Source: Pseudomonadota bacterium
GTDB taxonomy: Bacteria; Pseudomonadota; Alphaproteobacteria; RF32; CAG-239
Direction: 5' to 3'
DNA length: 64,000 bases
Assembly: GCA_030523245.1 (NCBI GenBank)
Contig: JAUNIW010000002.1
Location: 5,410 to 69,409, forward strand
Part shown: piece by piece, positions 54,849-64,000 of the stretch
How the letters are laid out: every line of letters starts with the position of its first letter
How positions within the stretch are numbered: position 1 is the stretch's first letter
Notes under the pieces: model-generated
The model's input: the letters and a program-made list of their open reading frames with translations, nothing else
The model's database searches: none
What the model was told of the DNA's origin: nothing
Made by a program: the position numbers and the translations under genes

Positions 54849-57262
54849 TAGTATTCGCCTCCCATTTGTATTGCTCCGTCATCGTTTTCCGGTCCGGCAA
54901 TACTTTCATCGCCGCCACCGATAACACGCTGTCTGTCATTAAACTCAAAATCAGGTTTAAGAGCTTCGATAATTACCGTAGAATCTCCCGGAGATGCCGG
55001 CTTTCCTGTCTGCGGATTAACCCGAACCAGCTTAATTCCTTCCGGTATACGGAAATTTGTATCCGGTTCATTTTTCAGGGCTTCTGCCATAAAATCATAA
55101 AAGACAGGTAATGCGGCACGGGCACCGGTTTCGGCTCGTCCCAAACTGATTGGTTCATCATATCCGACATATACACCGGCCACCAAATCCGGTGTAAATC
55201 CGACAAACCAAGCATCTTTTGTTTCATTCGTTGTTCCGGTTTTGCCGGCAACGTGACGATGTAATCCGTTCAAACGCGCACCGGTTCCGCGAACAGCCAC
55301 ACCTTCCAGAATAGAAGTCATCTGATAAGCCGACAACGGGTCGACAACCTGCTCACGCACGACCTTAAAATCCGGAACAGACTGACCATTCCATTTATCG
55401 GCATTGCAATCGGGACAAGGCGTTTGTTCATGACGGTAAATCGTCCGCCCTTTGCGATCCTGAATACGCTCAATCATATACGGCGGCACTTTTTTTCCTC
55501 CGTTAACAATCACGGCATAAGCAGCGACCATACTGATAACACGCGTATCGGCAGCCCCCAGTGATGATGACAAAAACGGTGCCAGATGGTCATTAACACC
55601 TATACGTTTGGACAAAGCCACAACTTTATCCATACCGATATCCTGCGCCAGACGGACGGTCATCAGGTTTTTGGAAAGCTCCACGCCGCGACGCAATGTC
55701 ATCAGTCCGTAAAACTTTTTAGAGAAATTAACAGGTTTCCATTTTGGCATTCCCTCGCCCTGATCCAAAACAAAAGGCGCATCCAGAATCAAATCCGTCG
55801 GCGAGTATCCCAGCTCCAAAGCAGATAAATATACAAAAGGCTTGAAAGTGGAACCGGTTTGCCGATATGCCTGAGTTGCCCGATTAAACTGTGACTTGGC
55901 AAAAGAAAAACCGCCGACCAAAGCCAAAACTTTTCCCGTATGCGGATCCATAACCGCCATACCGCCTTCTACTTCCGGAATTTGGCGCAGATTATAAGTG
56001 TTTTTATTTTTTTCCTGCGTCTTTTCAACATAAATAACATCACCTTTATGCAAAACCTGTTCGACTGAAGAAGGTACCGGACCTAAATTTTCACCTTTTA
56101 CCGCATGCCGTGCCCACATAAGCAGTGACAACGGAATTTCACCTTCCTGACCGTTTTCGGTTTCTATTTCGGCTTTATCCTTTGTAACTTTTAAAACAAC
56201 AGCCTTCTGCCAACTGTCTTCGGCACCGCCTGTTAATTTTGTTTCCTGCAGGTTCTTTTTGTAATCGCCGTCAATTTTTATTTGGGCGGTTGCACCACGC
56301 CAGCCGTGACGGCGGTCATACTCAATCAGACCTTTGCGCAAAGCTTTTGTAGCAATTTCCTGCAAACGCGGGTCTATGGTTGTCCGGACAATCAAACCGC
56401 CCTGATATAAAGCTTCATCACCAAAATTACGACTGATTGTACGACGGACTTCCTCACTGTAATATTCCGTATCCTTTAAAAATCCGCTTTTTCGCTCAAC
56501 AACTTTTAACGGACGCGAACTGGCTTCTTTTGCTTCTTCCTCCGTGACATAACCGTCTTCTTCCATACGGGAAATAACCCAGTTGCGACGTGCCACGGCG
56601 GCATCATAATGCGTCTGCGGATTATAATTGTTCGGTCCTTTCGGCAAAGCGGCTAGATAGGCAATTTCAGCAAGAGTCAGTTCATCCAAAGACTTTGCAA
56701 AATAATTCATTGCGGCAGCTGCCACACCGTACGCCCGATTACCCAGATAAATTTCATTCAGATATAATTCCAAAATATGTTCTTTAGAAAAAGCCTTATC
56801 TATACGGCGGGCCAAAATTGCTTCTTTTATTTTTCGCGTATATGATAATTCCGAACTCAGCAAAAAGTTTTTTGCCACTTGTTGTGTTATGGTCGAAGCA
56901 CCTGCCGGACGACGTCCCGTTCCGATTTTTTTCAAATTGCCTACAACGGCGCGCACAATCCCCAGATAGTCAATACCGGAATGCGTATAAAAATGTTTAT
57001 CTTCGGCGGCAATAAACGCATTTTTTACTTTATCGGGAATCTTTTCAATCGGAACGAACAAACGCTTTTCAGCCGCATATTCCATCATAACCTGTCCGTC
57101 ACCGGCAAATAATCTGGTTGTTACCGGCGGTTCATAAGTTTCAAGCTGACGATAATCCGGAATCGTTATGTTGATTTTTGTTATGCCGTAGATAATTCCG
57201 ATGGCAAGAATAATCAAAAAAAACAAAGCCATACTGGCTAAATATGATAGAACTCTAAGCAT
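54848..57262 (-). CDS. mrcA: Penicillin-binding protein 1A (bifunctional transglycosylase/transpeptidase), 804 aa
   Basis: GT51 motifs (EDKHFYTHSGID, RKIKEAILA) and the transpeptidase motifs STFKP and SxN/KTG; its TAA stop overlaps the prfB ATG (TAATG). Confidence 0.9.
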   Translation of the reverse strand: MLRVLSYLASMALFFLIILAIGIIYGITKINITIPDYRQLETYEPPVTTRLFAGDGQVMMEYAAEKRLFVPIEKIPDKVKNAFIAAEDKHFYTHSGIDYLGIVRAVVGNLKKIGTGRRPAGASTITQQVAKNFLLSSELSYTRKIKEAILARRIDKAFSKEHILELYLNEIYLGNRAYGVAAAAMNYFAKSLDELTLAEIAYLAALPKGPNNYNPQTHYDAAVARRNWVISRMEEDGYVTEEEAKEASSRPLKVVERKSGFLKDTEYYSEEVRRTISRNFGDEALYQGGLIVRTTIDPRLQEIATKALRKGLIEYDRRHGWRGATAQIKIDGDYKKNLQETKLTGGAEDSWQKAVVLKVTKDKAEIETENGQEGEIPLSLLMWARHAVKGENLGPVPSSVEQVLHKGDVIYVEKTQEKNKNTYNLRQIPEVEGGMAVMDPHTGKVLALVGGFSFAKSQFNRATQAYRQTGSTFKPFVYLSALELGYSPTDLILDAPFVLDQGEGMPKWKPVNFSKKFYGLMTLRRGVELSKNLMTVRLAQDIGMDKVVALSKRIGVNDHLAPFLSSSLGAADTRVISMVAAYAVIVNGGKKVPPYMIERIQDRKGRTIYRHEQTPCPDCNADKWNGQSVPDFKVVREQVVDPLSAYQMTSILEGVAVRGTGARLNGLHRHVAGKTGTTNETKDAWFVGFTPDLVAGVYVGYDEPISLGRAETGARAALPVFYDFMAEALKNEPDTNFRIPEGIKLVRVNPQTGKPASPGDSTVIIEALKPDFEFNDRQRVIGGGDESIAGPENDDGAIQMGGEY

Positions 57263-57353
57263 TTACTCTCACTTCAGCGTATTAAAATTTATTGAAAATT
57301 TATTACAATATCAAAAAAATGCAATAAAAATATCATCTTTTACAGCTGTTATA

Positions 57354-58604
57354 TCAATTAGAAGCTATTTCAGGATCATTAAAATATTTATCAATCGCAT
57401 TAGCTGCGGAATTCGCTAATTTTTTACGATATGCCTGTGTTTTTAAATTGGCTTCTTCCGTTTTGTTGGACAAGTATCCCATTTCCAGCAAAGCTGACGG
57501 AATATCCGGCGCTTTAAGTACGGCAAATCCGGCAAAACGATGTGTATTTTTGACCAGACTGACGCATTTGGCCATTTCGTTAACCAGATAAGCGGCATAT
57601 TTTGACGATTTATTCCGGCTGTCCGTTTGCGACAAAGAAATAAGAATATCATTTACTTCCTTTGTGTTACCGCCCAAATCGACACCGCCGATAATATCCG
57701 CTTTATTTTCACGCTCGGCCAAAGCAGCAGCTTCGGCATCGGAGGCTCTGTCCGACAACGTATAAACTGAAAGTCCTTTTGCCTGACGATTTCTGGCACT
57801 GTCCGCATGCAAAGACATAAATAAATCAGCTTTATATTTTTGGGCAATTTTTATACGTTGACGTAACGGTATAAAAACATCCGTGCTGCGGGTAAGATAT
57901 ACCGTATATCCCTTGCGTTGCAATATTTCCTTGAGTTCTTTTCCCATAGCCAGCGTAATATTTTTTTCGTATGTCTTTCCATAAGCTCCGATAGCACCGG
58001 GGTCTTTTCCGCCATGTCCCGGATCCAGAACAATAATACGTTTACGCTTTGCCGCCTTGCCGGAAGTATTGTTATCCTGACTGCCGAAGTTAAACCAGCC
58101 GCTGTCAGATTTATTATCCTGCGGCACAAACTTGGTATCATTTGTTACAATATGTTTATTACCGATATTATCTTTAAAATTTTGTGCCGAAGCCAGTTTG
58201 GCATCAACTACAAAACGCCACGGCTTACCGCTCTGCGGCGGCAGCGTGAAAGCTTTTTTGATTATCACCGGTCTGGCCAGCTCCAAAACAATGCGTTTGT
58301 TATTGCCGTCCAATTTACCGATACGTGTTTTGGAAATAATCTGATTACCGGCTCCCGTAAACACCTTATTGATGGACGCGTCATCCAAATCAACGACCAG
58401 ACGTTTGGGTTCGTCAAGCAAAAATACACGGTAGTTTACGCTCTTATCCATATCAAAAACGATGCGCACGCCGTCTGACTGATTGCCAATACGAAAATCA
58501 TTGACATTAACAGCCGTCCAGCCGGACGCCGGCATCAGGAATAATGCACAAAAAAAAGCGAAAACAACGCTTATTATTTTTCTATATAGATACCGCATAA
58601 ACAA
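57354..58604 (-). CDS. amiC: N-acetylmuramoyl-L-alanine amidase AmiC-like (AMIN domain plus Amidase_3), 416 aa
   Basis: A signal peptide and an AMIN-type N-domain (VRIVFDMDKSVNYRVFLL...RLVVDL). The C-terminal Amidase_3 has DPGHGG, with LSLHAD-like (FMSLHAD) zinc ligands. Confidence 0.85.
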   Translation of the reverse strand: MFMRYLYRKIISVVFAFFCALFLMPASGWTAVNVNDFRIGNQSDGVRIVFDMDKSVNYRVFLLDEPKRLVVDLDDASINKVFTGAGNQIISKTRIGKLDGNNKRIVLELARPVIIKKAFTLPPQSGKPWRFVVDAKLASAQNFKDNIGNKHIVTNDTKFVPQDNKSDSGWFNFGSQDNNTSGKAAKRKRIIVLDPGHGGKDPGAIGAYGKTYEKNITLAMGKELKEILQRKGYTVYLTRSTDVFIPLRQRIKIAQKYKADLFMSLHADSARNRQAKGLSVYTLSDRASDAEAAALAERENKADIIGGVDLGGNTKEVNDILISLSQTDSRNKSSKYAAYLVNEMAKCVSLVKNTHRFAGFAVLKAPDIPSALLEMGYLSNKTEEANLKTQAYRKKLANSAANAIDKYFNDPEIASN

Positions 58605-59014
58605 AATCCGATATTTTCCTCCCGCTTAAATTATAAAATTTACTTATTACCAATATGTTAAAATCTGTGATTATTTTTTAAAAAATTTATTGTTTTTTTA
58701 ATTTTATTCTTTATGCTGTTTATGTTTTCCGGTTGGAAACGGTCTTTAATCTGAGAGTTTTTATATTGACATAAAAGACTGTCTTCAGCAGTAACGGAAA
58801 CCAGGAATTAGGGTTAGATAAGATTTCCGCCGTTTTCAAATAAGCAAGAAGAACAAGGGAAAACTCCGGAAAGAAAATAGAAAATGCAGCCTGTGCCGGA
58901 TTATCGAAACGGCAATAGTGGTATTGTGTATTTTACAAACGGCAGCTTGCCTGCTTTTATCAAGCCCGGCGGAGAAACGGCTTTATCTAAAGCCATGCAA
59001 TGGGATTATGTATA

Positions 59015-61381
59015 ATGACTAAAAGAATGTTAATTGACGATACACAACCGGAAGAAACCCGTGTTGTGATTGTTGACGGAAATAAAGTTGAAGATGTTGA
59101 ATTTGAATCTTCTTCACGCAAACAAATCAAAGGTAATATTTATACCGCAAAGGTAATTCGCATCGAACCATCTTTGCAGGCTGCTTTTATTGATTACGGC
59201 GGCAACAAACACGGTTTTTTGGCGTTTAATGAAATTCATCCCGATTACTATAATGTATCGGAAGATGTCTTGAAAGAAGTCAATGCGGAAGTTGACGAAA
59301 TTATCAATAATAAAATTCAGTATCTGAAAGAACGCGAAGCTGAAAAAGCCCGTTATAAAGCAGAAAAAGAGGCTCTTGAAGCTCAGCGCCGGCTGGAAGC
59401 CGAACAGGCTCGGGAAGTAGAAGAAGCCCAGCTGGAACCGGCTCAAAATGTTATTCCGGAAAATGATGATTATTTAAATCAGAATACACCGGAAACGGAT
59501 ACCGCCGTTAAAACAGAATCGGCTGAAGAATCTCCGGCAGAAAACCTGACCACCGGAGAAACTCCGGCTGAAAATATTACGGATATGCCGGAAGAAACAA
59601 CTCGGGAAGCCGAAGAAACAACACCGGAAATGCCTTCTGAAACAAATAATACGGAAGAACCGGCAGCTGAAGAAAAAGATGAAACGGAAGCTCCGAAAAA
59701 GCGCCGCCGCTATACCCGCCGGCCGCGGAAAAAGTCCGATGAAACCAAAACTCTGGCCGATGCAACCGGTACCGATGACGAATCCATTGAAGAAGACTGT
59801 GTCGATGACGATGATGACGATGTAGACGGCGAACCGAATGAATATAATTTTGAACTGCAGCGTAAACTCTTGCGTGCCCGCAAACTGTTTCACCGCAGCA
59901 CCATTCAGGATGTTATCAAAGAAGGACAGACGCTGCTTATTCAGGTTGTTAAAGAAGAACGCGGCAATAAAGGCGCAGCCTGCACAACCTACATTTCACT
60001 TGCCGGACGTTACTGCGTCCTGATGCCGAATCGTATTAAAAGCGGCGGTGTTTCCCGTAAAATTACAAATGCCAATGACCGTAAACGTCTGAAAGGCATT
60101 ATCAAAGAACTGCCGTTGAATCCGGATATGTCACTGATTGTCCGCACCGCCGGTGAAGACAAGACAAAAGCCGATATCGTGCGTGACTACAACTATCTTA
60201 TCCGGACTTGGAACGCTATCCGTTACAGCGCTTTACGCAATCAGCCGCCGGCTATCATTTATGAAGAAGGCAACCTGATTAAACGGGCGCTGCGCGATAT
60301 GTATACTAAAGATATTTCCGAAGTTATTATTGATGGTGACGCCGCTTATCAGACTGCCAGAAACTTTGTAAAAATCCTGTCACCGCACAATCTGAAAAAC
60401 ATCAAATGCCGCCGCTCGGGCGAAGCACCCGTGTTCCAGCGTTTTCAGATTGAAGCCCAACTTGATAAACTGCATAATCCGGTTGTTCAGCTCGAATCCG
60501 GCGGTTATCTGGTTATCAATCCGACAGAAGCTCTTGTATCAATTGATGTTAACTCCGGACGCGCCACAAAAGAAAAAGATATTGAAGAAACTGCGCTCAA
60601 GACAAATCTGGAAGCAGCCGATGAAATTGCAAAACAATTAAAAATGCGTGATTTGGCCGGTCTGGTTGTCGTAGACTTTATTGATATGTATGAGCCGCAG
60701 AATAATCTGGCCGTTGAAAAACGCATGAAAGAAGCTATGAAAGATGACCGTGCCCGTATTCAGATTGCCAAAATGAGTATTTTCGGATTATTGGAAATCT
60801 CGCGGCAGCGTATGCATTCTTCTTTCATGGAAAGCAATTATGAAACATGCCCGTATTGCCACGGACACGGCGTTGTCCGGACGATTGAATCCGGCGCAAC
60901 ACTCATTCTGCGCGCACTGGAAGGTGAAGGCGCCCGTAACCGTGATGTCAAAGTGACTGTTACCGTTCCGGCAGAAACCGCCGCATACTTGCTTAACCAA
61001 AAACGCCGAAAACTGGCTGCATTGGAAGAACAATACGCTATCTGCATTATTGTTGCCGGCGATGCCTCGATGAAAGATGTTTCCGACTTCAAAATCGAAC
61101 GGGAAAAACTACCGAATCCGACTGCCGGCAAAGAAGCTGCCGCAACTTGTTATGAAGCTAATAATATCGAAACGAACGACGAACTGTTTGATGAGGATGA
61201 CGGCTCAGATACAACCGAAAACGGCAACGAAGACGGACGCCGCTTACGCCGCAACGGGCGCAGCCGCCGTTTCCGCCGCGACAGACGCAATTTTGACCGT
61301 GATGAAAGAAATACACAGCCGCAGCCGGTTGAGGAACCCAAACCGGAGAAAAAATCATGGTGGAAAAAACTAATCGGCTGA
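59015..61381 (+). CDS. rne: Ribonuclease E (789 aa from MTKRML)
   Basis: MTKRMLIDDTQPEETRVVIVDG...GNIYTAKVIRIEPSLQAAFIDYG is the S1 domain, matching the E. coli MKRMLINATQQEELRVALVDG...[23 protein letters not shown]. It has the DNase-I-like and Zn-link CPxCxGxG (CPYCHGHG) motifs. An acidic insertion sits in the N-terminal region and the tail is short and Arg-rich. Confidence 0.9.
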   Translation: MTKRMLIDDTQPEETRVVIVDGNKVEDVEFESSSRKQIKGNIYTAKVIRIEPSLQAAFIDYGGNKHGFLAFNEIHPDYYNVSEDVLKEVNAEVDEIINNKIQYLKEREAEKARYKAEKEALEAQRRLEAEQAREVEEAQLEPAQNVIPENDDYLNQNTPETDTAVKTESAEESPAENLTTGETPAENITDMPEETTREAEETTPEMPSETNNTEEPAAEEKDETEAPKKRRRYTRRPRKKSDETKTLADATGTDDESIEEDCVDDDDDDVDGEPNEYNFELQRKLLRARKLFHRSTIQDVIKEGQTLLIQVVKEERGNKGAACTTYISLAGRYCVLMPNRIKSGGVSRKITNANDRKRLKGIIKELPLNPDMSLIVRTAGEDKTKADIVRDYNYLIRTWNAIRYSALRNQPPAIIYEEGNLIKRALRDMYTKDISEVIIDGDAAYQTARNFVKILSPHNLKNIKCRRSGEAPVFQRFQIEAQLDKLHNPVVQLESGGYLVINPTEALVSIDVNSGRATKEKDIEETALKTNLEAADEIAKQLKMRDLAGLVVVDFIDMYEPQNNLAVEKRMKEAMKDDRARIQIAKMSIFGLLEISRQRMHSSFMESNYETCPYCHGHGVVRTIESGATLILRALEGEGARNRDVKVTVTVPAETAAYLLNQKRRKLAALEEQYAICIIVAGDASMKDVSDFKIEREKLPNPTAGKEAAATCYEANNIETNDELFDEDDGSDTTENGNEDGRRLRRNGRSRRFRRDRRNFDRDERNTQPQPVEEPKPEKKSWWKKLIG

Positions 61382-62715
61382 TCCGGCATATTTTTGTTCT
61401 GCTGTTTATAAGTCTTTGCGCCGGAATTCCTTTGAATAAGGCGCAAGGGCTTACGCTTATTTCGGATACCGAAACAGAAAATTATCTGACCCAGATTGCC
61501 AAACCGCTCTTTAAAGCCGCCGGTGTAAATTTTAATCAGAACAATATTTTTATTGTCAGTGATAATTCCTTAAACGCTTTTGTCAGTGACGGGAATTATC
61601 TGTTTGTTAACACCGGAACTTTGCTTAATATTGATGACAGCAATGAACTTGCCGGTATTCTGGCACACGAAATCGGGCATATTCTGGGCGGACATATCGT
61701 GCGTCAGAAACTTAAAATGGAAAATATGCAGTATGTTATGCTGGGTTCCATGCTGGCTGCCGGTGCCGCTGCTGTTTCTACCGGCCGCGGTGATGCGGCT
61801 ATGGCTGTGATTTTAGGCTCGCAAAGTTCGGCTCTTAACAGCATGTTGAACTATCAGATTGAAGAAGAACGCAGTGCTGATGAAAGTGCTGTCAAACTTT
61901 TGGCCCGAACAAAACAATCAACAGCCGGCCTGCAGCGTTTTATGCGGAAAATCAAACAGCAAAATACCCTGAGCGGTATTGAAGAAAACGCCTATTTTCG
62001 CACACACCCGATGACAAGCGAACGTATCAGCCATTTTACCGAAGCCGCCAAAAAAAATTCTTTTACACCTAAAAATTCTTTAGATAAAAATCTGGCTATG
62101 GTTAAAGCGAAATTAGCCGCTTTTATGCTCAATGAAACAAAAGTCCGGCGTTTATATCCGTCAACACAAACAACACTGCCGGCACGTTATGCCCATGCTG
62201 TTTTTGCTTTCCGCCAAGGCAATACTCAGAAGGCGCTGACAGAAATTGATGCTCTGTTACAAGAACAGCCGAATAATCCTTACTTTCATGAATTAAAAGG
62301 ACAATTTTTGTTTGAAAGCGGTCAAACCGGAAAAAGTGTCGTTTCTTATGAAAAAGCCCTGAAACTGTTGCCGAATTCACCGCTCTTACAAATCAGTCTG
62401 GCTCATGCCCTGCTGGAAAGTTCTGCCGAAGAAAAACAAGCACGCCGAGCAGCCGGTCTGTTGCAACAATCTCTTATCAGCGCACCTTCAACAACAGCCT
62501 GGCAGCTACTTGCCCGTGCTTATGACTTATGCGGTGAAACGGCTGCATCTTATTATGCCGCTGCCGAATTCAATTACGGTATCGGCAATCTGGAAGGAGC
62601 GCAAAAACAGATAGAACGGGCAAAAAAGGCCTCTCCGGCAAAATCTGTTTTACTTAAACTAAATGATTTATCCGAACGTGTCAAAGCCGAGATAAAAGAA
62701 CAACACGCGTTTTAA
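61357..62715 (+). CDS. M48-family zinc metallopeptidase with C-terminal TPR repeats (BepA/YfgC-like), 452 aa
   Basis: A signal peptide, the HEIGHILGGH (HExxH) motif, downstream Glu in EEERSADE, and TPR-like repeats in the C-terminal half. Confidence 0.75.
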   Translation: MVEKTNRLIRHIFVLLFISLCAGIPLNKAQGLTLISDTETENYLTQIAKPLFKAAGVNFNQNNIFIVSDNSLNAFVSDGNYLFVNTGTLLNIDDSNELAGILAHEIGHILGGHIVRQKLKMENMQYVMLGSMLAAGAAAVSTGRGDAAMAVILGSQSSALNSMLNYQIEEERSADESAVKLLARTKQSTAGLQRFMRKIKQQNTLSGIEENAYFRTHPMTSERISHFTEAAKKNSFTPKNSLDKNLAMVKAKLAAFMLNETKVRRLYPSTQTTLPARYAHAVFAFRQGNTQKALTEIDALLQEQPNNPYFHELKGQFLFESGQTGKSVVSYEKALKLLPNSPLLQISLAHALLESSAEEKQARRAAGLLQQSLISAPSTTAWQLLARAYDLCGETAASYYAAAEFNYGIGNLEGAQKQIERAKKASPAKSVLLKLNDLSERVKAEIKEQHAF

Positions 62716-62741
62716 TCTGACCTGAATAATCTGTTACGGCT

Positions 62742-62776
62742 AAAAAAATACCTCTTGTTTTCAAGAGGTATTTTTC
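62742..62776. terminator. Bidirectional terminator
   Basis: TACCTCTTG-TTTT-CAAGAGGTA, a 9-bp stem flanked by A7 and T5. Confidence 0.65.
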
Positions 62777-62790
62777 TAAAGCAGAGATGC

Positions 62791-63921
62791 TTACCAAACG
62801 TAACGAATATTACCGCCGACACCCCAGGCACTATATGATGAACCAAAGGTATAGTTACCAAAAGCACCAAGAGAGAAGTTTTCGATAATTTCCGCATCAG
62901 CGCCAACTTCAATCCGGCCCAGTGTCTCATTTTCAACCGTATCGTCAAAGCTGGTGTTATTGATTTTAACCGAACTGCCGTTGGCAATCGTCTGAATGAC
63001 CGACGGTTTAATATATCCCGTTGTCGGCAGCTGATGCTCGTTATTGAACTGGTATTCATATTTGATACCGGCTTCAAGTTCAATATCATGCATGGCATCA
63101 TAGCTCACTTCTTTGCCCGTAGAATCTTTTGCATCGTCAAACTTAATATAATCATAAGTTGCCTTAATTGACGGCGTCAAAACTGAGCGTTTGCTTGAAC
63201 GGATATCATATCCAAGTTCTGCCTGAACACCGATATTTAAACCGTCGACAGAGGCTGTAACACCATTATCGGCTTTAACGTCCACGCTTTGCTGACCGCC
63301 ATAAACAGCACCGCTCATAAACAGATCACCAAAGTACTGACGATAATAAGCACCGCCCAAAATGCTGGTAATATCTAATTTACTGCCGTAGTGAGATTTC
63401 AAATCTCCTTCACCCTTACCGCTGTTTTCATAAGAACCGTCACGATAAGAACCAAAGATTCCGAATTGGCTGGAAATGCTGAACTGATGGTCAAAACCAA
63501 AATCAACACCATACATTGTTACATCCGTTTCGACCGGTTTGTCGAACGTACCCGAACGATATACCGGTGTTGCCCAGACTCTGTTCATTCCGCCTAAATC
63601 TTTGAAGTTACATATTCTGTAATTGCAACCGTCCTGATAGCAATCACACGTACCTTTGCTTATACGCCCGACATTAAACAGCAACGAGCGGCTTTGTTCC
63701 ATTGCGGCGCGAGGCAAATCGACAAAGGCCAGAATTTCAGGATTGTAGTATTCCGAACGATAGAGGTACCAATCCTCTCTCGTCTCAAGATTATCATATC
63801 CGTGGTCATGTCCGATACCGATTTCGTACAAGCTGCTGCCGGCCGTGGTTACAAACTTATAATCTTCCAAAGACTGGTCAGCTGATGTTTGTGCAAAATA
63901 AATCTTATCATCAATACCCAA
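62791..63921 (-). CDS. Outer-membrane beta-barrel, autotransporter-like C-terminal domain; probably 5'-truncated by the window edge
   Basis: It ends with the OMP C-terminal signature ...GGNIRYVW (terminal aromatic), with alternating amphipathic beta-strands. The reading frame may extend upstream beyond 64000. Confidence 0.6.
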   Translation of the reverse strand: MGIDDKIYFAQTSADQSLEDYKFVTTAGSSLYEIGIGHDHGYDNLETREDWYLYRSEYYNPEILAFVDLPRAAMEQSRSLLFNVGRISKGTCDCYQDGCNYRICNFKDLGGMNRVWATPVYRSGTFDKPVETDVTMYGVDFGFDHQFSISSQFGIFGSYRDGSYENSGKGEGDLKSHYGSKLDITSILGGAYYRQYFGDLFMSGAVYGGQQSVDVKADNGVTASVDGLNIGVQAELGYDIRSSKRSVLTPSIKATYDYIKFDDAKDSTGKEVSYDAMHDIELEAGIKYEYQFNNEHQLPTTGYIKPSVIQTIANGSSVKINNTSFDDTVENETLGRIEVGADAEIIENFSLGAFGNYTFGSSYSAWGVGGNIRYVW

Positions 63922-64000
63922 CGATATATCCTGACCATCTTCTATATCAATATTGGTTGTACCGGAAATGATATTGTTAATGACAATTCTGTCTGATTTG

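Noticed and set aside
59474-59893. 139-aa minus-strand ORF with an Arg/Phe-rich low-complexity sequence
   Set aside because: Antisense to the acidic insertion region of rne; it mirrors the GAA/GAG-rich sense strand and is spurious.
1-64000. CRISPR arrays, transposases/IS elements, restriction-modification pairs, toxin-antitoxin pairs
   Set aside because: No regularly spaced direct repeats, no transposase/integrase-like ORFs, and no endonuclease next to the methyltransferase were seen. Small adjacent ORF pairs did not show recognisable TA-family motifs.

Overview
This 64 kb window is AT-rich and densely coding, and reads as an ordinary chromosomal stretch of a Gram-negative bacterium, probably an alphaproteobacterium; it holds no obvious novel multi-gene system, and the leads worth a second look are listed under findings. 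The lineage call is inference from several features together: a CcrM-family beta-class DNA adenine methyltransferase, a C-minus type ribosomal protein L36, a regulatory HPr/EIIA-Man PTS remnant with no permease, and mrcA-prfB linkage with amiC and rne nearby. Core genes recognised by motif: cspA-family, ettA, rpmJ, galU, cdd-punA-deoA, fmt, ppiD, tpiA-secG-pyrG, ugd, ruvC-yebC, ftsH, tsaB, ihfB, lapA-like, accD, clpP-clpX, slyX, nagB, prfB (carrying the classic programmed +1 frameshift), mrcA, amiC, rne, an M48/TPR peptidase, two tRNAs (Gln-CUG, Arg-UCU), and several rho-independent terminators and sigma70-like promoters. No CRISPR array, integrase, transposase or restriction enzyme was seen. 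Accessory or unusual content includes a metallothionein-like Cys-rich membrane protein with a His-rich tail, a 1422-aa AsmA-family protein with a long coiled-coil C-terminus, a degenerate N-terminal-only DEAD-box protein, an orphan methyltransferase translationally coupled to HPr/EIIA, an ECF sigma operon with a GAAC-N16-CGTT promoter, a Lon-related S16 protease next to membrane TPR proteins, a 707-aa MORN/YwqK-type tandem-repeat protein, an ankyrin-like repeat protein, and orphan genes beside tRNA-Gln. These eukaryote-like repeat proteins would fit a host-associated lifestyle, but that is speculation.
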